Assembly: GCA_035084275.1 (NCBI GenBank)
Contig: CM068756.1
Coordinates: 7,502,001-7,566,000, forward strand
DNA from: Hydrolagus colliei
Taxonomy: Eukaryota
Direction: 5' to 3'
DNA length: 64,000 nucleotides
Position numbers and translations under genes: made by a program. How positions within the stretch are numbered: the stretch's first letter is position 1; every line of letters starts with the position of its first letter. Positions 1 to 12,560 of this stretch are shown here, piece after piece. Under the pieces are notes generated by a model. That model saw nothing but the letters and a program-made list of their open reading frames with translations, did no database searches and was not told the origin of the DNA.

Positions 1-1070
1 TGTTTTAATGTTTTAGCCATTAGAGGCACAAGAAAAAAAACGCCTGGGCTGGTTCTACAGTGTGTCTCAGAGGGCTAACACAGGTCAAAACATCGCAGAG
101 TTTTCTTTTTATTGTAAAACAAAGCACATGGTTATGTTAGATCTGTTCACACCCTGCTTTTTTTTAAAATAAGAAGGTGCCATAAAGCAACAGATCAACC
201 TACCACCCGAATGGAAGTCATCAGAACAGATTGATTGCCAACCCCACTGCCGTGCCAGTCTCTAACCAGCCACTAGGAGGTGTGCAAGAGCAACCTGGGA
301 ATAACTCCTGAACACACTGTATGTACTAGTTTCCGCCCATCCCTTAAAATAACACAAGTTTGTATTTGGATGCAGCAGAAAACCACACGAACAATGCAAT
401 GGATTGTATAACACAGCAGAGAAATAAGAGAATATAGGACGGCGGTAATGCCCTGCAACAAACTCAGCTGAGAGCATAGCCAATGTTTCCACATGCATAT
501 TAAACCAACACAGTTCCCCGAGGAAAAGTGGAAAGCGTAAGGGACTTGACATCTCAGAACCCGCTCAACTAAACAGGTGGGGAGCAGGGGGACCCACTGC
601 CCCAGCCTTAATGGGAAAAAAAAAAAAAGCACATGCATTCCTATAGAGGGTCTGAAACCACATTTACAAAAGGGAAACGGCCAAGAGCTTTTTTTTTTCA
701 TTTTAATTAAAAAAAAACCATTTATAAAAACGCGACAAGAAGTCTGCTCGCACAGCTCTGGTAAAGCTTCTGAAAAACACGGTTGTATTTTTTCCCTTTC
801 TTTTATCCTTGAGAGGTTTCGACATTCTAGGCGCTGTGTCAAATCCAAGGATTATTATTCTTCCTCTGTGAACGTGTGCCATGTTGACGTTTCAGCCTTG
901 CTGTCCAGCTGCCTTAAAGGAGGAAGTGGGGGCACGGACTTTACTGAGTCACTAGTTATCCACCATAAGAGTCTTTGCAAAGCATCAGTGCTCTGCATTG
1001 ATTATCTGACGGGTAGTACATCTCCCGGGCATATTTTCTGCTTATGTTAATAATGTTTATCAAAGACTAT

Positions 1071-1208
1071 AATAATAAGTCCCCTTGCATTGGATATAGC
1101 GCCTTATCGCGTCCCGAGAATATACTGTAAAGTGAATTAACTGTATATACTTTGTGGGGAAATGTAGCTAGGGACACAGCAGTGTCCTGCAAACAGTTAT
1201 GGATTGAA
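1071..1208 (-). mobile_element. SINE 3' body and L2-like tail fragment
   Basis: AATAATAAGTCCCCTTGCATTGGATATAGCGCC...GAATATACTGTAAAGTGAATT...TGGATTGAA matches the reverse complement of the SINE tail repeated many times in this window. Confidence 0.75.
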
Positions 1209-2047
1209 CGGGCGAATTTAAGATACATTAATAGTATGATTCTATCTATACATAGAATTAAGGATATTCCGGTCTTGCATTACACTGAGTAACTGAGGAT
1301 TGCTCACAAGGTCAACAATGAACATCAGTATCAGTATTAGTAATGGAGCAACATTAGTATTGCAGCCAGCAAAAGGGACTAGGACACTGTAAATGGTATC
1401 ATACTGTTAATAGTTTAAATACCGTACGACATGCGTACATTAAACCTTAAAAGGCTGAAACTCATTTGCACTTTGCCTCCTTCTGTCACAATGACAGACA
1501 TCCCTTGCTTGCAAGTATTAAGTGGTAGACTGCAGGTGATGTATCAAGAGTAGGGGAGGTTGACAGGCTCTTGGTGTGTTCATGGGCAGTGAATACATCG
1601 ACCATCACTCAGGTTAACAGAACATAAACTGCAACAAAAGCCCGCACAAAAGCTCGGCGATTTTATTTTTCACGTGGACCCATCCTTTAGCACGGAGATG
1701 GCAAAAACATTTGATGTATCTTTCAAGTCACGCATATGAACTCACTGCCCTCCTAACCCAACCCCCCCAACTACCATCCCCACTGGCTGGCTTCACACGA
1801 TTTGAAGCCTTTTTAAAGGGTTTCACCACTGGAGGAAAAAGTAGTCAACAGTAAACTGAGCTTGATGTCTCTCGTGTTTATGTGCGGTCAGGTTACAGCG
1901 GGTTTAATGTAAACAGACAGAGAAAAGGAGAGTCTCTGGGAGAAGGTAGGCTATCAATGTGACCTCTTATCAAGACAACGCTTTTGTGCTAGTTTTGTTG
2001 TAGGAGTTGATTTCTTCTTTTTTTTTAAAAGAAAGTCAGTATAAATA

Positions 2048-2168
2048 GTGTTTCGCCCACTAAACGTACAAACGATTAACTTTACAGTATTTTCCGTGAA
2101 GCGCTTTGAGATGTCTCAAGGACATGACAAGGTGGGATTTGAAATGCAAGGGTTATTATTATTATTAT
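2048..2168 (+). mobile_element. SINE tail fragment
   Basis: GTTTCGCCCAC...CTTTACAGTAT...GTGAAGCGCTTTGAGA...AAATGCAAGGG(TTA)n, the same tail module as other copies. Confidence 0.75.
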
Positions 2169-2352
2169 AAATACGAGACTCGTTCACACAACACAGAAGT
2201 CTTGAGAGGTCAGCAAACATCAGGGAACAGTGAGTTCAGAGCAAACTATAAGTGAATATGCATTAAAGTCACTAAAATCTAAAGCCAATTTAGCTGCAGT
2301 TGCCAGACACCACCTCCCCCCCTTCTCCTTTAACCTGACTCCCCCACATACT

Positions 2353-2450
2353 AACAACAATTTACATTTATAGAGCGCCTTTCACGTCGGGAGGACGTCC
2401 CAAGGCGCTGTACATCGAATGGAAATGCGGGGGGCAGGGGAGGGAGGGAG
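2353..2450 (-). mobile_element. L2 LINE 3' tail fragment
   Basis: GCCTTTCACGTCGGGAGGACGTCCCAA is shared with the 3' end of the L2 at 28463-29579 and is preceded by a (CAA)-like tail. Confidence 0.75.
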
Positions 2451-2825
2451 TGGCGGTGAATTGTTTAATTACACATCCATTGCAAAACAGCCTGGAGAGA
2501 TAAATTTGTTCCAAAACATGAAACAATGTAGTAGGGAATTGGAAGGGGACTTCGTCAGCTGCGGACAAATGAATAATCTACAATTTCTTTTACATGATGT
2601 AAAAAGAACGTAAAAATTCTGCCTTTATTTACCACCGTTAATTAAATCTCACGCCACCGGTGTGGAACCAATGCTAGAAGTTTATTATGCTCTCAGCAGT
2701 ATAAAGTGGGTTAACGTCACATTAACCCGTATTCAGTTTTGTTCCCTGCCGCCTCAACTCTCAACAAACTCTTCCCCAGTTGCCTCAGTTCCACGAACTG
2801 CAAGAAGTGGCTGATACTACCTCAA

Positions 2826-3158
2826 ATAATAATCCTTGCATTGGATGTACTGCTTGATCACACCTTCGAGATATCTCAAAGTGCTTCACAGAAAATATTG
2901 TAAAGTGAATTGACTGTATATTTTGGTGACGAGCCAATTGCACACTGCAGAGTCCCACAAAACAGTCGTGGATTGAGTGACCAATTTATTGATTTTTTGA
3001 AGGAATTATTACCCCCAGAAAAGCATCCCACCATTCAATTAACAACTGGGTTTTGTACTTACTTCTAGGTAAACAAGTAAGCAAATGTGCCCAACGTTTT
3101 GCCCTGCCGGGAATCAAATCCAATTTTCTTGCTTGCTCGGCCAGCACTCCAACTAAGT
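2826..3158 (-). mobile_element. tRNA-derived SINE, long (CORE-like) variant, degenerate near-full-length copy
   Basis: (AAT)n tail, shared 3' body, internal segment TACTTACTTCTAGGTAAACA as in the 26965-27280 copy, and a degenerate head (CCCTGCCGGGAATCAAATCC). Confidence 0.7.
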
Positions 3159-3194
3159 ACTCAAAATCTCTGCCTGTCTCCTAATAGATCAACT

Positions 3195-3552
3195 TTAAGG
3201 TCCTTACCTTTCATGCCCTAGTATACCCCTGTCTCTCTGATCTTCTCATACCCCACTTCTCTGCTTGTCCCTTGTGCTCACTTAACTCAGACCTGCTGTA
3301 TATTTCCCTGTCCCTCCACATTACCATCAGTGAATGAGCCTTCAGTCGTTGTGCCCCTAACTTCTGAAACTCCCAGTCACTATTTCTATACACATGCCCC
3401 TTTCTATATCTCTTTAACTCATACCTGAACACCTGCCTTTTTGACCACCCCTATCATCACCCTTCCGTTTTGCACAGCATCCGGCCCCACCACTGTGAAG
3501 CACTTTGAGACATTATGCTTCGTGGAAGGTACCATGTTATTTATTGTTGTTC
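3195..3552 (+). mobile_element. L2 LINE 3' fragment
   Basis: Decayed L2 ORF2 C-terminus (AFS..AP.FWNS-like motif in GCCTTCAGTCGTTGTGCCCCTAACTTCTGAAACTCC), then GTGAAGCACTTTGAGAC and a TTGTTGTT tail. Confidence 0.65.
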
Positions 3553-4112
3553 CTGTATAAATTTTGGAAGGTGTTCAGCGCAGTGTGGGGGCAACGGACA
3601 CGGCGCCTCCTACTGTCCGATAGGATCAAGCCACATAGTTCCACTCCACCTGATCTGTCAACTCTTGATAACTGAGGTGAGAGGTTAAGACGAGGAGAGG
3701 ATCCATTAGGGATCATAGATCTCATCCTAATGCAAACTGACAAGGTTCTGCACTGCCTCAATTTCCCCAAAGGTACTGTCTACAGTCTTTGATTTTTTAA
3801 AAGCTTCCAATATTTTCCTATTTGCGTTTCTGTGTTTCTTTACTCTCAGGATTTGATCAGTCCGCACTTGACCTCACCGTAAACCATGAAAGGAACGCAC
3901 ATCAAAGCACAGGATGCAGAAAGATTAAACCCCTCAAGTCTTCCACATTCTTTTGCTACATTTTAGACATTTATATCAAGGGAGGAAAGGCGTTATATGG
4001 AGCTTGGATTATACAGGATCAAAATAAACTGGAATTCCCGATCTATACAGTGATGGCTGCACACAGTTGCATCTGCTCATTATTTCAGACTTTTAATGAA
4101 GACTTCTTCATT

Positions 4113-4220
4113 AAAAAGCAGCTTGATGCTTTGGTGGGAGGAAGCTAGGATGAGTGTTCTGGAGGGATGAGATCAGGTGGACTGAAAGACCTTCTTCATC
4201 CAAACCAATCTTCTGATCTT
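4113..4220 (+). mobile_element. CR1 LINE 3' end fragment
   Basis: AAGCAGCTTGATGCT...GTGTTCTGGA...TGGACTGA...AAACCAATCTT.TGATC aligns by eye with the 3' end of the CR1 at ~59845-59950. Confidence 0.65.
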
Positions 4221-4299
4221 CAATTAAACACACACACCCCTTGTTTTCTGTTGGTGACATGCAGCAATTCCTGGCTACAGAGCATCACTTGCCCTTAAA

Positions 4300-4585
4300 A
4301 CACAATTTACATTTATATATAGCTCTTTCGCATCAGGAAGACAAGTCGAAGTGAGTTACAATATTGCCTGGGCACCCGAGCTGGGGGAAGTGGGTGGCGG
4401 GGAGCTGAAGAATGGGGAGAGGGTATAGATGATTAGAAGTGTGATTAAAGAGGCAAGTCTTGTGAGGGGTTTCAACAGTGGGAAGGAGGGAGGGTGTGCA
4501 TTGATGGGTCTGTAGAATGAAGTTGCGGTGAGTGGGGGCAGAACAAGCTGAAAGCTTGCCTGACAATGGTGTGGCAATCGGAAAG
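4300..4585 (-). mobile_element. L2 LINE 3' fragment
   Basis: Tail ACAATTTACATTTATATATAGC followed by purine-rich sequence resembling the L2 C-terminus at 28487-28963 (GGGGGCAGAACAAGCTGAAAGC). Confidence 0.6.
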
Positions 4586-5019
4586 TTCACTTGAAGATTT
4601 TATATTGGTCCCTTATTTAAGCAGAACAAGTTTCAAAAGGGAATCAGACAAATATTTGAAAAGGGAAAAATATAATCGGGTAAGGGGAAAAGCAGGAGAG
4701 CGAGATTAACAACAGCATTTACATCGCGCTCCTCATGCAGGATAGCTTTCTGGACCATCCCCACACTGAGTGGAACATCTTGCTAACTTATCTAAGGCCA
4801 TCGCCACCAAATCAATATGCGAAGCACTTTGAGAAGTTATGTCCCACCACCATTGCCACCACATCAACATGCACCCTCCACGCAGCATAAAGTCTTCTGT
4901 GCTGAAAACATTTCCTCTATTCCGTTTGCTGCTTCGAGAAACTGTCTTCTTTCTACGATTTGCTGATCTCAAAGGCACCATAGGGGCGAGTCACTAAACG
5001 AAAGTCACCTGCTCTGATG

Positions 5020-5115
5020 CGCAGGGATATTTATCCAGGACATCGGGAGAAACGTACTTCCCTTCAAATAGTGCTGTGGGATTATTAAATGCAGGCAGGC
5101 AGGGCTGACAGGCAG
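5020..5115 (-). mobile_element. Deu-domain SINE fragment
   Basis: CCAGGACATCGGGAGAAAC...CTTCAAATAGTGCTGTGGGAT is the reverse complement of the Deu-domain core seen at 13845-13960. Confidence 0.55.
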
Positions 5116-8100
5116 AATGAGGGGCACATACGGCTCAGGGTTGATCAGGGAATCCTGAGGTGCGGTAACAATCAGCTCTCGTTCCAGCTTTTACAATAAT
5201 AATTCACCATTATTCACAGTAATTGTAATTTCCCGATGACTTATTCTAAGCTTCCTTCGATCCCTGTAGAGTTTGTCAGTGAATGCACTGTGCCATCCTT
5301 TCCACTGAACATACACCCATTATATCAGGGACACATCCCAACCAAATGGTTCTTTTTTTCACACACACACACACACACACACAGAGACACCAGGTTATTC
5401 ATTACCGTCTATAGTAACTGTATCCTTCAAATGCTCTGCGACAGATCACAATGTATTAATCATGAAATCATAGAAAGGGCCCTGCGAGTAGAACATCTCT
5501 CACTACATGCGAATTGCTACAAATATATAGAAATTGAAGTGCATCAAACTGCGAATAATGTATTTCCGGGAAGAACACCAAGGCAGAGAAAGTTCAGGTT
5601 AATTTGCAAAGCACAAGAACAAAGCTTAATCATGTTTCCCTTCTTCCCGTGAAAAGTGTTTAAGACTTCCTTCTTCTCATTCCAATTTCAGTGTCAGGCC
5701 CATTAGCCTCCCTCACTCTTTTTTATTTAAAGCCCAAAATCACAAGCTTGATTATGTCTGCACCTCACCGATCATGCGCTCTCACCCACCCTCCTTTTTG
5801 GTGGTTATTAGAAGCAGCAACCCTGACTGACCCCCACATAATCTGGAGTGCTGAGGTTCATTGTGGCACCCTGACTGCTATCTCAGGCATCACTCCAACT
5901 CATCACAGACCAGGGGGAATAAGAAAAAATCAAACTTCTATGGCTCAGTTTTTCACGACTCCAGGGAGCATGTCTGAGTGGTTTATAATGGTCATGCGTT
6001 GCCAAGTTGAGAATGCAGCCTTGTACTCACTCCAGGGTATTGAATTGTTGGAATATGTGAATGTCACAGGGCAGTTTTATTCAGGTATGTGCAAATTCTG
6101 CATGAATTTCTGCACAGACACCATTGTCTGCGCTGGTCCGTGCGGTGAAAATGACGGGAAGTTTTTCACCAAGAGACGTTTAGGCGTCGACTACCAGGAA
6201 TAAAGTGGCCCGTGCACATTGTACATAAAATAAGACACCACTGGGAGGGAATCACAAGGTAGAACACAAGACGAGAAGGGAATGGCTGAGAGCATAAATC
6301 ACATTTAGAAATTTGAACAGTTTATGCAGTCATTGAAACCCGAGAGTCTACTGCAGCTGTGAGCACGCTCCCAGTTAGCCTCTAGTTTTTGAACTGACTC
6401 GCAATTAAAAAAAAATTTGAGCAAATTCCTGTCTACGAGTGTCCACCAGAGTTCATTGCTCCTGACGCTGTCACAAAACCCCGACCTGATGAGAATCCCT
6501 TTCCCACGCAGCTCCGTGTTTCACAACAGGAAGATGGGGAGCGCAACAATGGCTAGGGGGCTGACCTAAGCTTATACTGAGGTCAGATAACAGGAAAATG
6601 CCAGCAGATTGTGTCAGAGTCAGACACTATCGGACCGTGCACCCTTCCTCAGTATGTTATTCAGTCTAATCGGCTCGGCATATTCTGCCTCCAAAAATAA
6701 CAGTGATCATCCCATTTGATACTGCGCCTTTCACATTGTGAGGACGTCTCAAAGCGCCTGGCAGGATTTGCCGTAAATGCAGCGACTGTCTGTTTCGTAG
6801 GCAAGAGAGGCAGCCAATTTATGCGCAGCAACAGCGCACACCAAGGCAGCTGGAGTGAGGTCAGAGCTCACGAGAAGCCGGAGTGAGGACGTGCCCTAGC
6901 CTCTGATACTGTCCCCATTTCACTCTCCCTTTGCAAAAAATGCATATCATTTGACAGGGTTCGGTGAATGTAACCTAAGAATATTCTATCTGTCTCTTCA
7001 GGGCAGCTCGAGGTCTATTGAGAGCAGCCCTCGCACACAGCACAGGACAGCGCGGGACAGAGCTGCGGAGGCATGCACCGTTCGCCAAGCAAATGACAGT
7101 CTGCAGTCCCACAAATGATTTTACTGGGAAATGAGGCTTCACCACAGCAGGTGAATATTCCAAACTAATCTTTTATTTAAAATTGCACGGCAATGGGACT
7201 GGGAAAACCGAGCAGCGGAGCTCTAGAGCACAGCGTTCCCAGATTCACAGATGAGGCGGCTGAAATTGCTATAAAAAGAAAGTGGCCCCCTAAAGTGTGC
7301 GCTCGCTTCACAGCCTCTGGTAGCGGCTTTCAAGTCCCCTCAGAGCAGATACCTCAGTGCAGCAGCTGCAAAGCAGCAGTTTTACAAGCTCTCAGCAAAG
7401 AACTATAGACAGGAGATGGAACCCCTAGTGTCCAAGCACGACCTGAGGGGGGTGAAAAAAAAAGACTTTGTCGGTGGGGTATTGAACTGGTGCCTGTTAT
7501 TGTAGGGAATTTGTTTTCCCTCCTGAAGGAAGGTCAAATGGATCACTCAGCGATATTCAGGAGAGGAGGGCATTTAACGGTGCATTTAAAACAAAAGCAA
7601 GACTTGTTTTGATGCGGGGGAAACATGTCAAGCTCCCCTCAGGTTGATGATGAATTCAGCAGCACGCTGTGGATTGGAGGGGGATCTGCTTCCCCTGCTC
7701 TGCTGCATGTGAGAAGAGGACATTTTAGAATCTCCAAAGCGACCTGGGGACTTGAAAGGTACAAGAAAACAAAACAGCAGGTGGGGACCGAGCGTATCAG
7801 TATACTGCTGCTTCACATCTGGGAGCAGAGTTCAAACCCAGTCCAGACAGATGGGGCGAAAGGTCTTGCAGGCTGCTGTTTGCTGATGGGGGAGGGGGCG
7901 GGGGGAGTTCACAGTGAAATGACTTTGGACAATCTCTGACGGCTTCTCGGCAGGTTCAAACGCACAGACTCCGAAGGACACAAAGCAGATACCTGAGAAG
8001 GAAAGTAACCCCATTTCTGGCATTCTGGACTTGTTCAACGTCCATCCAATATGAAAAGGCGCTATCTACAAATGTAAGTGTGTATCCAGTTGTATTTGTG

Positions 8101-8759
8101 CCTCTCTGCCAATTATTTTGCTTTTACAACAACTTTCATTTATATAACGTTCCTCATGCAGGGCAGGATTCCAGAGCTACGGTCAGAAATAAACATTACG
8201 CTCCATTATGTGTCCTGCTGTTGAAACGTATGCAGATAAGGATGAAACCGAGGGGTTTGAGGCCTGTGGACAGCCAGTCTCCCCGGGGCAGGCTCCAAAG
8301 GCAGGGCACACATCCACAAGAAGAAAATGAGGAAAAGTAAAGCGGGGCCTTTTCTCAGCGACCAATTACGCAGCAGTCAACAGCCACAGGTTGTTTACAG
8401 ACCCACTTGGCGCTCAGTACAGAAAGGGAACATTTTTTGTGTCAAATGCCAGAAAGGAGAGTAAATTCGGCATCGCAGCCTGCTCTGCTGAAGGAATTCT
8501 ATCCCTGCCTTCTTAACAGGATCAACAATGGGTGAAGTGCCAGCACTGGTTGTGACTCCAATTTGCCTGCCAGATGGAATGAGTTTCCTTGGTTGTTGCC
8601 TGGACTACTCAGTGGAAACAACAACAGAAACGAGGGGAAGTGGCCATAGGCCACAGACAGGGGAATGGAACAATCCAATTTGAGGCAGGTGAAACATGAA
8701 GAAGCTTCCTGCTATATTAGGTTAACTGGTCACAAAGAAAAGTCCCCCATTTCATACAT

Positions 8760-8920
8760 CCAACAACAACAACTTCAATTTATATAGCGCCCTCCACGCC
8801 GGACGACGTCTCAGAGCGCTTTACAGCAGTAGATCCCGGGACCGAGCCAGGGGCAGGGGCAGAAAGGTGACCAAAAGCCCGGTCGAAGAGAAAGGTCTTC
8901 AGCTGTGACCTGAAACTGGG
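8760..8920 (-). mobile_element. L2 LINE 3' tail fragment
   Basis: (CAA)n, TTTATATAGCGCCCTCCACGCCGGACGACGTCTCAG, then GAGCCAGGGGC...AAGGTGACCAAA; nearly the same as 18433-18605. Confidence 0.75.
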
Positions 8921-9111
8921 ATCCAAGCAGACTACCCCTAATGGAGCCATACAGTGATGTAAGACAAGGGAGGGGGTGGGAAGTTTTTGTTTGATCTCTT
9001 CTTAACTTCTTAACTCAACTTTTTAACTCTGTTACAGCAAAAGACCTGCGTCCATTTTTTGAGCTCCATTTCCTGGTTATCTACGTGAACCTTGGCTGGA
9101 CCCTTTCCATT

Positions 9112-9393
9112 GGTTACCGCTCGATAGTCCAAAGGTTTGTTAGTCCGAAGGTTCATTAGTCCGAAGATTCGTTAATCCGAAGCTTCCCCTAACCCTAATC
9201 GTAACCCTAACTGTAACCCTAACCTTTGGACTAATGAACCTTCAGACTATCGCACCAAATGTTTGGATTAACAAACCTTATTTCATTTTCGGTTCGGCCT
9301 ATCGAGCGGTAACACCCCAGGGTATAGGAAATTTGTGTGTTCGGACTATCGAACCTTCGGACTAATGAACCTTCGGACTATCGAGCGGACCCC
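9112..9393. mobile_element. Non-autonomous fold-back DNA transposon (MITE) with 9-bp TSD, Mutator/MULE-like
   Basis: Direct repeat CTTTCCATT at 9103-9111 and 9394-9402. Inverted termini GGTTACCGCTCGATAGTCC... / ...GGACTATCGAGCGGACCCC. Subterminal arrays of ~15-bp units (TAGTCCGAAGGTTCAT versus ATGAACCTTCGGACTA) and central TAACCC-like repeats. Confidence 0.8.
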
Positions 9394-12217
9394 CTTTCCA
9401 TTTATGTTGGGTTTTGTCCAGCCTTTCTCAAATGCGCCATCATGTGATTTAGTATGGTCACAGCAGATACCCCCACTCCCTCCCACTCCAGCCCTTTGAA
9501 GGAGGGAAAGAGTGTGTGAGCCTGGTAGTTGGAGTGAGCGTTGGGCTCACTACTACAAAGTGGATGGCTGGATGACGGCAGCGAGCGCCTCATGGGCTAA
9601 CACTCGTGGTGGCCACCCAAAAACACTTGTTTGAGGATCACTGGCTTAGTCTCAATATTTCCTCATAGACAGGAGTTCAGTACATTTCATTTCCTTAGCT
9701 TAATATTCACTCTACTGTTGTGCCTCACCCAATGTCGCTTTCTTTTTCCAGGTCCGACAATCCCTTTGATTTATCCTGACCTTGGTCTAATATTTGCCTT
9801 TTTAAGTGATCTTGCATCGGGAACAATGACAAGAGTTGAAAGGTGATTAAGTGGTCCCTTTGTGCCCCGCAACACTGAACAGCCAAACGCGTGTGTGCAC
9901 AGCTGTTCACCTCACATTGGCTGCAACTACTGTGCTCTGGCAATCAGTGCCCTTACAGCTCTGATTGTACAACAAATCCTGGTTTATGACTGCCTCGCCC
10001 AGAGCCGAAGAAAGGACCATTATTTGGGAATCCTATTGTTTGAGAATCTGAGCGGATAACAGTTTATTTTCTTATACTCCTAGCAAAATGCAGGCACGCG
10101 CTGAGCATTTTTTTTAACAGTAAGTGGCTGTTCAATTCATCTTTGTTTCTAATTAGAACACATTTTACTCTCTGAGCAATATCCACACCCAAACACCCAA
10201 CAACCAGACCAAGACTAAATATATCAAGGGCCCGCAGCAGAGATGAAAAATGATCTAAAAGTACTAGGAAAATGGCAACCATCAATCACTTGCTTCTTTT
10301 TAATTACAAGAATGTGTTTTCAATTACCCAAGTTTAAATAACGTTCCTCCGGTCTTACTAATTCATATCCTGCAGCCTGACAGTTCGCAATTTTCCAAGT
10401 AACAGCTGCCATTGCTGCCTACGACAAAGACTGTTTACATGTACAGAGAGAGCCTCACATCCCCATGACTGGGTAATGGCCTTCTCCCCATTGCATAGTG
10501 CAATTTCTCAACACACAAGGGAACGGATGTCCTGCAGGATAAAACTGCTAACGACAAAAGCACACCAGCACAGGACCGGTCGCAAACTGAGTAAACCTCA
10601 CAAGGGCCTGCTTCGTAAAGGATATCCTATTTCCACCATGTGCATTTCATTCAGAATGGATAATTTGATAAGTGCTACTCCTATATAATTTTTTTTAAAC
10701 TCTTAATGAAAGGGGAGAATGGAGATGGTGTTCTCGACAGATCACGGAGATGTGCTTGCAACGACTTGTTCCCAAAGCAATTTGATCAGGTAGGAGCCAC
10801 TGCAAGCTGGTCTTACTCCTTGGGGAGGCCTGAAAGAAACTGAGGAGGAGCTGGGGATAAGGAGAAATTACAGTCAACAAAAAAAGGGATCCACTGCTTT
10901 GTTGGACTTGGGCAGGGAAGAAAGAACAGAAAGGAGAGGAGCTTGCCAGGTTTCATCAGATAAAACCACTGGATGAAAGCTTTCGATCACACTCTGAGCA
11001 AAGGAGAATAACTGAGTTTGTGCAGCTTTAACAAGAAAATAAATACAAAGAATTACTGCAACGACAAAATACCTCACTGCTTAGCATGGGTATTCTGCTA
11101 TATTCTGCTGATCATTTGTACATCGTGCAGTCACTATTTTATTTCCAGCACAGCCACCAACAAGAACAGAAGCAGGAAATGACAATGAAATTAGATCTAG
11201 ACTTCCTTCTGGTATATTTAAAATGCGCTGTAGGTATGATATAGCACAAGTCTGACCATGGAACAGTCTCAGTGGGCTGAATGGCTTCCTCTTGTTCCTG
11301 TTTCTCTACATTCCTATTCCACATTCCCAAAACTTATACTTACATAGAGCCTTTCATGTAGCACAACATCTTTAAGTGCTTTATTGAAAATATTTGGATC
11401 ACAGAGCAGGCAAAGTATCCATCTATCATCCCTATAAATATCCCAATTAATTCTGTATCCACGACCTTCTGTGGCAGTGGATTCCACGCTTTCACAAGCC
11501 TCACACCAGACATTGTTCTGTGAAGTGCTAAAAGTGGGCCTGGGTTTCAGCTACAAACATCCCAGCAGTCAGGATGTCTGCCAGGAGATGTCAGGCTGAT
11601 TAGGACCTTTCCTGCCATTTAAACAAAATGTCAAGAGCCAACACACCAGGAACCTTACCCAATATCAGGCACACAGCCAGAGGAGCTGTTACTTCGGAGT
11701 TGTTCAGCGATCTCAGTCTCTTGCCTTTAAATGTTAAAGCACAGGGTCACAGGCCTGTGACAAGAGTGGGCCACTTGACAGACCGACTGGCTGATACGTA
11801 TCAACAACTAATTCATGTACTATAATTAAATGAGAGCGTGAAGGTTTTGTTCCCAGGCAAAATGTTTTAAATGCAAAACATGTCCTTTCACAGTGTAAGA
11901 AAAAAAACAAATCCCATTATAATTCCACACAATGGTTCTATGTACAGATGCACTGAGTTGGTCATTGCTTTATTTACGAACATGCACTAAGTTACAAAAA
12001 GGCTTGGCAGTTCCTGAATTTGCAAATGATTTAAAAGGCCTGGCAAAATATCTAAGAATGTCAGAGTTGGAGAGCTGTGGAAACCACAGGAAGAGAAAGT
12101 GCTGCGTCTCGACTGACGAATGCGTAGGGACTTGGACAGAACTGAAATTACTATATAAAACACTGCAATGGCAAACAATCAAATTAGAGATAGACCTGTT
12201 AGGAGTGAAGACATTTG

Positions 12218-12402
12218 TGTCAGCCTGACTCAGTTGGTAGCACTTTCATCTCTGAGTCAGAAGATTGTTGGTTCAAGCCCCACATCAGCTCTGTGCACCC
12301 TACAAAATACGAAGCCATTATATTTTACAAAACATAGCACTTTGAGATGTCCTCCGAACTTGAAAGGCGCTATATCATATGTAAAGATTATTATTATTAT
12401 TA
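12218..12402 (+). mobile_element. tRNA-head SINE deletion derivative (Deu-SINE-type head joined to the L2-like tail)
   Basis: Head GTCAGCCTGACTCAGTTGGTAGCAC...GGTTCAAGCCCCAC with A and B boxes, followed after ~50 nt by AGCACTTTGAGATGTCC...TGAAAGGCGCTATATC...(TTA)n. Confidence 0.7.
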
Positions 12403-12560
12403 TCAGTTTTACCGAAAATGTTGTAGGATTGTGGAATTCAGCTGAGGGAAAGTTAATGCAAGGATGGTGAAAATATTTATGTAGTAGCTCGTAAGGGTAT
12501 CAGAGCATGTGGAGAAAAGGCAGATGGTACTGAGTGACAGATCAGTCATAAGTGTAGAAT
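12403..12560 (+). mobile_element. CR1 LINE 3' fragment
   Basis: Encodes FTENVVGLWNS, resembling the CR1 ORF2 terminal F.QRVV..WN.L motif, then a purine-rich CR1-type 3' UTR (GGAGAAAAGGCAG). Confidence 0.5.

Noticed and set aside
5691-6203. 170-aa ORF and similar long ORFs (273-848, 577-1050, 40852-41277, 60846-61232)
   Set aside because: No recognisable domain or exon structure; they are intronic and of lengths expected by chance with alternative start codons.
9120-9390. Short palindromic repeat array superficially resembling CRISPR
   Set aside because: The units are tandem without unique spacers, arranged as inverted arms with a TSD, in eukaryotic DNA with no cas genes.
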